Below, piece after piece: positions 27,545-39,200 of a stretch of 64,000 nt of DNA. The stretch lies in NCBI GenBank assembly GCA_030248215.1, contig JASANG010004046.1:434001-498000 (forward strand). The letters are read 5' to 3'. Position numbers and translations under genes: made by a program. Position 1 is the first letter of the stretch, and the number at the start of each line of letters is the position of its first letter. This stretch comes from Enoplolaimus lenunculus (lineage: Eukaryota). The notes under the pieces are model-generated. The model was not told the DNA's origin, did no database searches, and saw only the letters and a list, made by a program, of their open reading frames with translations.

Positions 27545-28486
27545 TTGCGTCCCATTGTCCTGTTTCCCCACTGAAAATTTGCAACTGTCCCGTTTTCCCG
27601 TTTTCCCAGCAAAAAATTGCAGCTGTCCCGTTTTCCCATTTGGCTGAAAGAAACTTGTCTCGTTTTCCCGTTTTCCCAGCGAAAAATTGCAGCTGTCCGG
27701 TTTTCCCATTTGCCCGAAACACGCATGTCCCATTGCCCCGCTTCCCAATCGAAAATTTGCAGCTGTACCGTTCTTCCATTTGCCCGAAACAAACCTGTCC
27801 CGTTTTTCCGTATTCTCAGCGAAAATTTGCAGCTGTTCCTTTTTCCCATTTGGTTGAAACAATCCTGTCCCGTTTTCAGTTTTCCCAGCGAACAATTGCA
27901 GCTGTCCCGTTTTCCCATTTGTCCGAAACAGGCATGTCCCATTGTCCCGTTTTCCCAGCGAAAAATTGCAGCTGTCCTTTTTCCCCATTTTCCCGAAACA
28001 ACCGTGTCCCGTTTTCTCGTTTTCCAAGCAAAATTGGGGCTGTCCTATTTTTTCATTTGTCCAAAACAGACCTGTCCCATTGTCCTGTTTTTCCATCGAA
28101 AATTTGCTGAGCGAAAAATTGCAGTTGTCCCGTTTTTCCATTCTCCCCAAACAAACCTTTCCCGTTTTCCCATCGAAAATTTGCAGAGCAAAAAATTGCC
28201 GCTGCCCGTTTTCACATTTGCCCGAAACAAACCTGTCCCTTTTTTCCAGCGAAAAATTGCGGCTGTCCTGTTTTCCCATTTGCCCAAAAGACGGCTGTCA
28301 CATTGTCCCGTGTTCCCGTCGAAAATTTGCAGAGCGAAAAATTGCAGCTGTTTCGTTTTTCAATTTGCCCGAAACAGGCATGTCCTATTTTCATATCTCT
28401 CCGTAACGCTGTCGGCAGGAGTATCTGAATTTGGTAGTATTACATTACTGTGTCTTGCTGTCCCACGGGAAAACGGGACGCCCCTG
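27545..28486. repeat. Minisatellite (~70-bp period, TGTCCCGTTTTCCC core), probably internal to a DNA transposon
   Basis: Repeated aaaaattgcagctgtcccgttttcccatttg; the inverted end gggaaaacgggacgcccctg resembles a CAGGG-type TIR. Confidence 0.9.
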
Positions 28487-28760
28487 ATAGTAACAATGGC
28501 CAACAAAGCAAAGATTCCAAAACCATGATACTTCAGTAAAGATTCAACACCTTCCATTAAACAATTCGGCTGGCAATAATCATTTCAGATTATTATAGGT
28601 GGAAATTAGTATTGAACTTCTAAAAGTTTTATCCGACTATTTTCATTGAAATAAAAATGTTTCGATTTTGGTATTTTTAAAAGTGTAAAACATTCAGATA
28701 AGATTTTAGTAAGTTTCAGGATATTTATATAAAATCAGCTTTTCCGTTAACTTGAGTAGG

Positions 28761-29241
28761 TACTGTAGTGACCCGAATAAACAGAAGAATCAATAGGAGT
28801 CCGTCTCCCTAATAAGAGTCCGTAACAGATAGAGTCCCTAAACCCTAATTTGAGTCCATAAATGTCAATTATATCCATTTGTAGCGCATAAATGACTCCA
28901 GGACCAAATAAATGTGAGTTCTAAACTTTAAAGCGTACTTAAGTTTTGAAAGTAATTGCTAAGTACTACCTTGCATTATCGCTCAAGCTGGTGATACAAG
29001 AGAATACTTAATTTAACGAATAGCTGTAGAACACTGTAAAAAATAGGGAGTCAAATTTACTCTCTGGAAAATAGCCTTTTCCTGACTACACAAACAGAGT
29101 CAAATTCGACTCCGCCAGAGTCAAATTCGATTCACTTGGTTTGAAAATATAATACCAGCCCGTAACCGAATATCAAGGGGGGTACCTTCTGCAGAAGCCA
29201 TATATGTATCAGGCCCCGGTCTTGTTCGGGCCACTACAGTA
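28761..29241. mobile_element. Tc1/mariner-like MITE
   Basis: TA-CTGTAGTGACCCGAAT ... GTTCGGGCCACTACAG-TA; a related end lies at 50540-50621. Confidence 0.65.
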
Positions 29242-30008
29242 TATATAAACAAATTGCAGCGAGAAGCTGATTAATCTAACCGTTCCATTACAAGAAATTG
29301 AAGGATCAGGAGAATTTTGGGATTTCGAACCCGGTGGATAAATAGCTTGTGTACTCTAGTCCTGACTTTGCAATGCGAGTTGACTCGAATGGGCGCTTCG
29401 CATATATCCAAATACTTGAGGTTTAAAGTCAAGTTTCTTGTCAGTGTCGTGTTTTGAACTGTGTGTAGTATCTCTGCACTAGATCACGGGCTGCAAGCTT
29501 TCGAACCAACGAATGTTAGCCTTAAAAGTTTAGACAGTTTTGCATTTGCTTTGTTATAAAACAAGGCCCATTTTAAAATCAATAGATCACAGGAATTTTC
29601 CAGTTTGGAAACCCGTCGTTAACTGTTGATAGAGGGGGCCCATGTATATAGGGTATACGCATTCGAGAATTTGGGCTCGGACTTTATAAGTCAAAACGGC
29701 TTTTAGTTATATAGCTAGTTGTTAGAAAATCGATAAAGTTAGATATCATCATGGCTGATTTTACTCATCAGTAGGCTCTGTTGGTTGTTCGAGGTTTTTA
29801 TTGTTATCGTAATGTATTGAAATGTTGCTCAAAAGAAGTGTCAACACTATTTCGCAGGGGTTGAAGCAAAGGAGAAAACACGAATGTGCCGTACAGATGC
29901 TTGTGTCGAGTGTTGCACGTTCATGTCAGAACTGCACGGTCGGGACGACCCCATTCTACGAACTACTGCGAATATACATGGTTTTTTCCTTAATTTTTCT
30001 TAAACATA

Positions 30009-30080
30009 TGGCTACGCCGGGAATTGAACCTCGGACCTTTCGTTCGCTAGTCGAGCGAGCTACCCATTACACCATGCGCC
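30009..30080 (-). pseudogene. Degenerate tRNA-Ala(AGC)-like sequence (pseudo-tRNA or SINE head)
   Basis: Minus strand reads GGCGCATGGTGTAATGGGTAGCTCGCTCGACTAGCGAACGAAAGGTCCGAGGTTCAATTCCCGGCGTAGCCA. It has an A box, a B box (GGTTCAATTCC) and an AGC anticodon loop, but mismatched acceptor and anticodon stems. Confidence 0.6.
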
Positions 30081-30807
30081 GATAACCTGTAGTGCTATAT
30101 GTGCACGTGTATGCGTGACTTAACTTTACACACACTATTCACAACACACAATACCAAGTGGTACGTATACCAACATCTCCTTTCACCACATATGCCAACA
30201 GTTCACACACGTAAAAGTCAATGTGTAGTCCACAATGAATAATACTGAGTACACAGGTGGGTTCGAATCTAGGCGCGGTCTATTGTTTCAACTGCTTCCC
30301 TCTGGCATAACACGCACATACATTGCACACTAAACCATACAACACTACTGCATGGAAGCGCTACTGGTCAAAACGGGAGTTTTTGACCGATTCGAAGAAG
30401 GGCATGATCTAGATTAAAATTGATTCTGAAACGCGAACGATATAGTTTTTTACTGCTATCTTCATATAGAAGAGGTCGAACCTAAGCGTGAGCGGAGTAT
30501 TCAGGTCTCTGACCAAAACTCCTCTACGTAATTAATTTTGCAACATATATCATGTTCGTGAGCCGAGCGAGCTAAACTAGTAAGACGGTTTGTAAGTATA
30601 AAAAATACGTTAGAAATATCCCTGGGCCGGGGCTATACGGTACCGTGGACGGAACCAGAAAAACAGTTATCTATGTGCTGGAAGAAGCGGAATAAGAACA
30701 ACACCTTTATGATTATTGGAATGGAACTGAAAATTTCGCGTGTTACAATATTTTAAGTTTCCAAGCAGAATCAGAACTAATTTTCATCTAACTTTAACCG
30801 TGATTTT

Positions 30808-31231
30808 AAGGGATGTGTCGATACCAAAATTTTTCCCGATGCCGATTCTTATTTTGAAATTTTGCCGATGCCGAACCGATGCGGATGCAGATGTCGATTC
30901 CAACTTTAGTACACCATGCTTAATAAGCAGATAGAATACTACATTACATTATTATATGAAGGCTTAAACTCTAACCATCAAAAACGATCATAATTTTATA
31001 CGAACGGTTAATTTCAATTAATTTTTTCAAACGCAATACAGATAACAATTTTCCTGAGCAGACACACTATTGTGCGCCTTGAAATGAAACTGATAGCACT
31101 TCAATCCAACTGACTATTTTGTGTAAAAAGTATCGGCAAAGAATCCTCAATTTTTTGCAGTGCCGATGCCGATACTCACGAAAAGTGCTGATTATTACCG
31201 ATGACGATGCCGATTAATCGGCACATCCCTA
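30808..31231. mobile_element. hAT-like MITE, same family as 37631-38014
   Basis: agggatgtgtcgat ... atcggcacatcccta; colinear with the 37631 copy. Confidence 0.8.
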
Positions 31232-31736
31232 GTTTAAAATAAAAAAATTGTCCATCCATACATTTGAAGTTTAGTGGATTTTGCTGGCCCCGGCCTCAGG
31301 TAAAATCCTGGTCCAGGGACATCTCTACTTTACGTACGTATATTTTGGGGTTCACGCTAACATTGTGTCTCTCAATTGATGAAGCGTCGCGAGCGAAGCA
31401 AGATAGAAGCCAGACGTAATATGTTTGTATTAAATCACATAGTAGAGGCACACCTTCCATTTTAGGAGCCTTAACCTAGGCCCCATCAGTCGATGACACT
31501 TCGTGAGCTAAGCGAACGATATGCCAGACCTAGTTTGACATTAAATCACATTGCAAACTTTCAATTAAATCAAATTGTGTATATTCACATGCGGCGATTT
31601 TCTCACTGATTATCAGGTAATGAGTCCTGGTGGACACAGCGGTGAAGTACAGGCGGTCATTGTTGGTGTGTTGCATGTGAATTACTTGCATTTCGTCTAA
31701 ATATCGTTATATCATATTTATGTAGTTGCCGTGAAG

Positions 31737-32920
31737 CGTTTTATGTTTTGTACTCGGAGGTCCAAAACTGGATGCCCTTCCGTCCGTCTATCTGTCTCCG
31801 TCCGAAATGTATCTCAGAAACCATAGAACCGATTTTGATAAACTTCTTTGGTTTGAAAGCTTACGTATTATCCTGGGGTATTAACTTCACAATGGGGTTT
31901 TAAAATTTTATACCGTTTACTAGCTGCAGGTAATTTGCATAATTGGTTAAGCCTACATTAGCACTTTTTACTGTATTTCACTAATTACTAGTCGTAGTAG
32001 AACTACATGTATTGAGAGAAGTTCGGACATAGTGATGAAATAATTTAAATAGTGCTAATTTAGGCTTAACTAATTAAGCTAATATGTAAATTTACTATCT
32101 GCGAACTATTCAATTATCGGTCTGAAGGTTTATAAACAATTTGTTCAGATTTCTCACACCCAAAAACCGTTTAGTATTGATTCTAATTGCTTGTAACCGT
32201 AATATTCATGCAAATTAGTTATTAGCTAACTATTTAATTATCGGTCTTGAAGGTTTACATATAAACAATTTATTCCGATTGATAGCACCCAAAAACCCTT
32301 CAGTAACCCTAGTAATCAGTGCAATAATTTAAAAAGTCTTAATTTAGGCTTATCAATTAAGCTAATGTGCAAATTAGCTATTAGCTAAGTATTCAATTAT
32401 TGGTTTTGGAGGTTTGTAAACAATTTATTCCGATTTCTCGCACCCGAAAACCCTTTCATACTGAATTTCTTTGCTTGTATATAGGCTTAATAATCAATAA
32501 AATAGGTCGAAAAGTCCTAATTTTGGCGTAACTAATTCAGCTTTCAGGTTTATAAACATTTTATCCTGACTTCTCGTACCCAGAAACTTTTTGGTGCTAA
32601 GATTCGATGGCTTGTAACTCTAATAGTTAGTGATGTACCGTACCCAGAAAGTTTTTGGTGCTAAAATTCGATGGCTTGTAACTCTAATAATTAGTGATGT
32701 ACAGTAAGTCCTAATTTAGGCTTAACCAATTATCCAAATAGCCTGTAGCCAATAAACGGCTTAAAGTTTAAAACACCAATGCGAGGATAACACCCCAGGA
32801 TAAAAAGCTTTCAAACAAAAAAGCTTATCAAAATCGGTTCAGCGGTTCCTGTGATTCTTTTCGGACGGACGGACGGACGACAGACGGCATCCACCTTTCG
32901 ACCCCGAGCACAAAGTATAA
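31737..32920. mobile_element. Foldback/DINE-like element: ~200-bp inverted arms with CCGT microsatellite and internal ~155-175-bp tandem units
   Basis: 31737-31990 is the reverse complement of ~32690-32920. Same family at 38028-38615, 34050-34700 and 36800-36930. Confidence 0.7.
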
Positions 32921-34049
32921 TTGCTAAGAAACTGCTTGAAGTAAGAGCAGCCAAAGTCGCCCCTGGGCGTGATAAAAGCAAATAACACAACTTATCAAAG
33001 TATTGCACAAGACTTAAACAATGCTAAAAATCAGTATTTTCACCAAGATATGTACACTAACTAATTATTAGGGATGTGCTGATTAATCGGCATCGGTAAT
33101 AATCGGCACTTTTCATCAGTATCGGCATATTTTGGTATCGGCACATCCTTACTTATTATTACTTTAGGAACAGACCATGAAATTTTGCCAGAAATGTCGA
33201 AAGAAGCCCTGAAACCAAAAATAAAACACGTACAAGATAAGACAAAAACGATAGTAGCTCAATCTGCCGTCATTACTGAAGCAGCCACTATACCCAGGTT
33301 TACCATATTGTGTGCAATCGGACCTGCATTTCGGCTGAAACCAAGGTCAGATGGTCGTGCATTAGCTGACGACATGTCAGTTAACCGCATAATTTCCGTT
33401 TGGGCTAGCTGCAGGTGTCGGCTGGATGATCAGTGATATTCCACCACGGCGGAAACCGGTTTCCAATGTGTCAAGTCAACCAGCATCAACGAATTCAATT
33501 CAAAGTAATGTAAGGGTTCTAGCTCTCCTAAACATAACGAGACAACGCTCTACGCAATCAAATCAGATTACACAGTATACATAGACGGCTCGGCGCCAAA
33601 TGGCAGAGAAACGGTGGGCAGCTCCATAATAATGGACGGAGACGGCGAGACAAGCAACAACATTGTGTATATTGAAGTGAATTGCCGGCAGGACTGCTCT
33701 GCTCAAGTTTCACTACGGAATCAACGGCACTCCGTGGTGCTCTGGAAGCTATACGATATTTACCTGACATTCAACGAAATCTAAAGTAAAAGATCCTTGC
33801 TCAGATAGCAGAAGCGTCTTTTGTTGGTTAAATTTTTGCGTATGGAATAACATGCTCCACAAGCCTGAATAATTGTTATTTCTTCTGTACGATCTCCAAT
33901 AAGTTGTGGGCGTATATACATTTTCATTGGCTACCAAACCACTGTTGGTTGTTCGGGAACAAGGAAGCCGACAAAGCCGCCGCAGCAGGTGAAAAGTTAA
34001 ATTAGCACGAAGTCAACAAAATTTTAAGCTGTTTATTAATTAGCTAGAG

Positions 34050-34700
34050 GCTAATTTGCATAATTATTTAAGCCTAAATTAGGACTTTCCATAATATTTC
34101 ACTGATTATTACAGGTATAAGCAATCTAATTTTAGCATTAAAGGGTTTTTGGGTGCGAGGAATCTGCGTAGACTGTTTACAAACCTCCAAAACTGATAAT
34201 TGAGCAGTTAGCTAATAGATAATGTGCATATTAGCATAGTTTATAAGCCTAAATTAGGACTTTTTACAATATTTCACTAATTATTAAGGTTAAAAGCAAT
34301 ATAATTTCAGCACTAAAGGGTTTTTTGGTGCGAGGAATTTGAATAGTTTACAAACATCCAAAACCGATAATTGAATAGTTTGCTAATAGCTAATTTGCAT
34401 ATTAGCTTAATTGACAAGACAAAACTAGGACTTTTTAAATTATTTCAATAATTATTACGGTTTACTGAAGGTTTTTGGGTGCGAAGAATCTGAATAAATT
34501 GTTTACAAACCTCCAAAACCGATAATCGAATAGTTAGCTAATAACCAATTTGCATATTAGCTTAATTGACAAGACAAAATTAGAACTTTTTAAATTATTC
34601 CAAAAATTATAGAGTGGCTGAAGGGTTTTTGGGTGCGAGGAATCTGAGGAAATTGCTTACAAACCTCCAAAACCGATAAATGAATACTTAGCTAACAACT
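34050..34700. repeat. Tandem array of ~155-175-bp units (about 4 copies)
   Basis: Recurring aaaaccgataattgaatagttagctaat and ttttgggtgcgaggaat; near-identical to 38200-38580. Confidence 0.85.
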
Positions 34701-36108
34701 GAAACAAAAATCAGAACAGGAATTGCGAATCTGTTGCAAACCCGAATTACTGCTAACGGACTACGAATAGTTCAAAAAATATGTTGCCCATCATTTTTTG
34801 CGTTTTCATTACCTTTTTCACCTTCAGGTACCATAACAGTTTCCCTGATTAAACACACTGCATAATATGCACCAACAAGGAAAATTGATAGTATTCCAGC
34901 TGACTGTTAAGTGCAAAAAGTATCGACAAAGAATCGGCATTTTTTACAGTGCCGATGCCGATACTCACGAAAAGTGTCGATTATTACCGATGCCGACGCT
35001 TATTAATTGGCACATCCCCAGCTTAAACGCATCTTACAGTTCTGTTTGTCTAGATCGAAAAATATAGTGCGTTTATTGTGCATTTATTTCTCAGCCTTAT
35101 AGTCAAATATGTCAGTACTGTATGTTTACGTACGTATGTACGACATATTCATTGTGTTTCATATATTTCGATAAGTACGAGTATGTACGTACACGATGAT
35201 CGTTGCAAGCTTTGAAAAAAGAATTAAGAAAAGTTATTTTCGAGTTAAAAATTTTAGTATTGAAACGCAAAATACGTATATACGCTTCAATTTCTGAGGC
35301 ACCTGCTATTATATTCTGTACACCTAAACTTAAGTATATACGTATATATATATACAAAATATGTATTTGTACGTATCGCACATATATGGATTTGAGTTTG
35401 AACTGTAACATCAAAAGAGTAAAAACTCGTTAAGTGCCAAAACAACAATGTTATTAGGGTTCAAGCGGATATTCGACTCCGGCAAAAAATCATCATCTGG
35501 CTGAAATATTTACTCTGAAAATTTTCAAGAAATTGAATAATATTGCATAGTTTATTTTTAATGATCATAGTGCTGTTCATTCACTTGCTTTTGCATCTTT
35601 GTTCTGTCATAACTGTTTTGTAAATGTTTTCGTGTGCCTTGGTGTCTTATATTAGCTAAACATTACTACATAGCTGCCGGAGCCAGATATTAAACTATCC
35701 GGCTCCAACATTTTTGGTATCCGGTTGAAACCTGAATGTTATATGTATTGGTTTTGATAGTTTTCGCAGTATTCGATCCAAGAATATGATACGCATATTT
35801 CATTTTGTATGCGCTCACTGTGAATTTTGTTCTTTCAGGCAAGCTCAAAAGTACAGTACATGAGATAATACGTTTCATCAAAATAAAACTGTCTACGTGT
35901 ATGCATATACTTAATACTGCATATCAAAATTTGTATTATATATAGTTCTACAATACTATAATTGGTACGTACTCTTGGTGAGTCATTAATTCAATTTAAG
36001 TCCGTGATATTTACCGGTGCCACCTTATTTCATCCATCACACCTGGTATATTTTTGGAACGCAGTTTGATAAAGCAAAATTGTATTTTAATTAACGGTGT
36101 TTGCGTCT

Positions 36109-36285
36109 ATGATGGCGACACATTCAAATAGTGCTGTGCGTGCACTGAGTCTTGAATTAAAAAGTCTACAACAAGAACCGGTCGAAGGATTTTTGGTTCG
36201 TTTAATCAATGACGATAATTTGTTCGAATGGGAAGTTGCAATATTTGGTCCACCTCGAACTCTGTATGAAGGAGGATATTTTAAA
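36109..36285 (+). CDS. CDC34: Cdc34 exon 1
   Basis: [28 protein letters not shown]...YEGGYFK|gttagt. Confidence 0.95.
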
Positions 36286-39200
36286 GTTAGTGAAGCTTTT
36301 TTGTGGCAGGCACAGTTCAGCGCAAATCCAATACCTACTACCTGTAGTCTTATTCTGACTTAGTATCGGTAGATATAAACCTACTTATGTGATATAGAAT
36401 TTTAATAATGAAAGGAATGTATGAAAGGAATGTTTAAATTTCAACACCATCTTGCCAATTGTTACATACGTATGTTTATGTAGATATTACGTACGCAATA
36501 AAGTAAACTTATTGCCATTTTCTTATAGGCAATTCTAAAGTTTCCATGTGATTATCCATACTCTCCTCCAACCATGCGGTTTTTGTCGAAAGTCTGGCAT
36601 CCAAATGTATACGAGGTTAGTTATGCGTGGCAATACATCAGTGTTTCATAAGACATATAGATTTTGTCGAGACAGTAAAAGCACAGTGAATTATATTTCT
36701 GCCGGAACACTGGTTCTGGCCGTTGTTAAACAAATCAAACTATATTTGCTTTGGAGATTTACAATCTTCTCACCCAAAGTTTTCCTTTAGTGTCGAAATC
36801 AAATAGCTTGCAACTCTAATACGCTTTCAAACAAAAAGTTTATCAAATTCGGTTCAGCGATTCCCAAGGTTCTCGTCGGACGGACGTATATCCACCTTTC
36901 GACCTTCGAACACAAAACTTGAAACGCTTGGATACACTCTGAGCTTCGTTCCATACATATTCGTACCTTCATTACTTCTGTGAAAAAACCGGACTACGAT
37001 GCAACTGTAATGTAGTTTTTGTTGTTTTTTAGAATGGTGACCTTTGTATCAGTATTCTCCATCCGCCTGTGGATGATCCGCAAAGTGGGGAATTGGCACG
37101 GGAACGATGGAATCCTACTCAAAACGTTAGGTGAGCAAGGTCGTGTGCGCGGGGCTCGTATTCTTTTCTTTGGTCGTAAAAAACCTAAAACTTCAGTATG
37201 TAGATTTTATGGATGAAGCGTTGAAAACATCTTTTTTCGGCGAAGATTGTTTGCTGAATGATGGATAAGGTTGATTAGCTCTAATGTACATCGATAACAA
37301 CTTATAGGTATCGCACATTTTCGATTCTGTTCACCGTAATTAAGAATTTTTGTACGTGATTGCGGTCCAGATGCAAATTGTAGTCTTTTGAAACTTGTGC
37401 AGCCGATTGGTTAAAGCACTTATTATTAGTTTAGCGAACTTCTGCATAGTAAACTACGGTTTATTTGGACAAGGAGTTCTAAGATGTTGATATTTTTATG
37501 AAATTTGGCTCGTTGATTCGCGGATAAAAATTATCAGTGTATTGAAACATCAGCTGCTGAATGACATACCGCAAGCATTCATGTTTTATACTTGCATCAG
37601 ACATTTTAGTGGTGTTTAAATTATTTTTGTTAGGGATGTGCTGATATCAAATTTTTTGCCGATACCGATGCCGATTCTTATTTTGAAATTTAGCCGATGC
37701 CGATTGTTATTTTGAAATTTAGCCGATGCCGATTCTTATTTTAAAATTTTGCCGATGCCGATGCTGATTTCAAGTTTAGTACACCATATTTAACAAACAA
37801 ATAATTAAAATTTTCAAACACAGACGCAAGAGAGATAACAAATTTCCTGAGCAGACGCCCTGGTATGCGCCCAGAAATGAAATTGATAGCAATCCAATTG
37901 ATTGATATTTGCAAAAAGTATCGGCAGAGGATCGGCAAATTTTATACACTGCCGATGCCGATACTCACGAAAACAGCCGATTATTACCGATGCCGATTAA
38001 TCGGCACATTCCTAATTTTTGTGTTTAAGCGTTTTATGTTTTGTACTTGGGGGTCGAAAGGTGGATGTCCGTCTGTCCGTCCGAAAAGAATCTCAGGAAC
38101 GGCTGAACCGATTTTGATAAACTTTTTTTGTTTGAAAGCCAATTATCCTGGAGTGTTAACCTCGCATTGGTGTTTTAAAATTTTAAATTTTTTGGGTGCG
38201 ACCGATAATTGAGCAGTTAGCTAATAGATAATTTGCATATTAGCATAGTTTATAAGCCTAAATTAGGACTTTGTACAATATTTCACTAATTATTAAGGTT
38301 AAAAGCAATATAATTTCAGCACTAAAGTGTTTTTTGGTGCGAGGAATTTGAATAAATTGTTTGCAAACCTCAAAAACCGATAATTGAATAGTTAGCTAAT
38401 AACTAATTTGCATATTAGCTTAATTGACAAAACAAAATTAGGATTTTTTAAATTATTCCAAAAATTATTAGAGTGGCTGAAGGGTTTTTGGGGTGCGAGG
38501 AATCTGAGGAAATTGCTTACAAACCTCTAAAACCGATAAATGAATAGTTAGCTAACAACTAATTTGCATATTACGTTAATTGCTTACGTGCGTTCGAGCT
38601 TCGCTCAATAAATGTAGTCCCACTATGACTGGTCTATCTGTTGTTGCAGAACCATTTTACTCAGTGTGATTTCGCTACTGAACGAACCAAATACGTTTTC
38701 TCCTGCGAATGTTGATGCGTCTGTGATGTATCGAAGATGGAAAGAGTCAAAAGAACGCGATGATGAATACGCGAAGATTATTCGGTACGTCCTTGGTGCA
38801 GACCGACTAAGGGTGACGCTATACGTCTTTAAAATTTAATGCCGTGCTTCTCGGTCCGTTGACATGTGATTATAAGCGAATTTCTGACGGTGATTGACTG
38901 AGAGAATATTGTAAATTGTGATGTTTTTGTTTATTTTTAATAGAGATGTGCCGATACCAGGGTGCAACCAGAATTAAAAATTCCTTTAGTATGAAATTTT
39001 GGTCGTGTTTTAAATTTGCTAATTGTTAAGAAGCGGTATTAAAGCCACTTGTTCATTTTGTGACGATAAAAATGAGCCAGATTTATAGTATACTTTATAA
39101 ACCCTGGCAATGACCGAAAATAAACCATCGAAGGCAAATTTCGCTTCAGTGAATAAGGAAAACTTAAAATACAACACGTTAATTCAATACCAACTTTTCA

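Noticed and set aside
27391..28557. Overlapping 150-300 aa ORFs on both strands
   Set aside because: Products of a stop-poor minisatellite; repetitive peptides in all frames.
33185..33990. GC-richer segment with splice-like signals on the minus strand
   Set aside because: No consistent open frame across candidate exons and no recognisable domain; may be non-coding or decayed.
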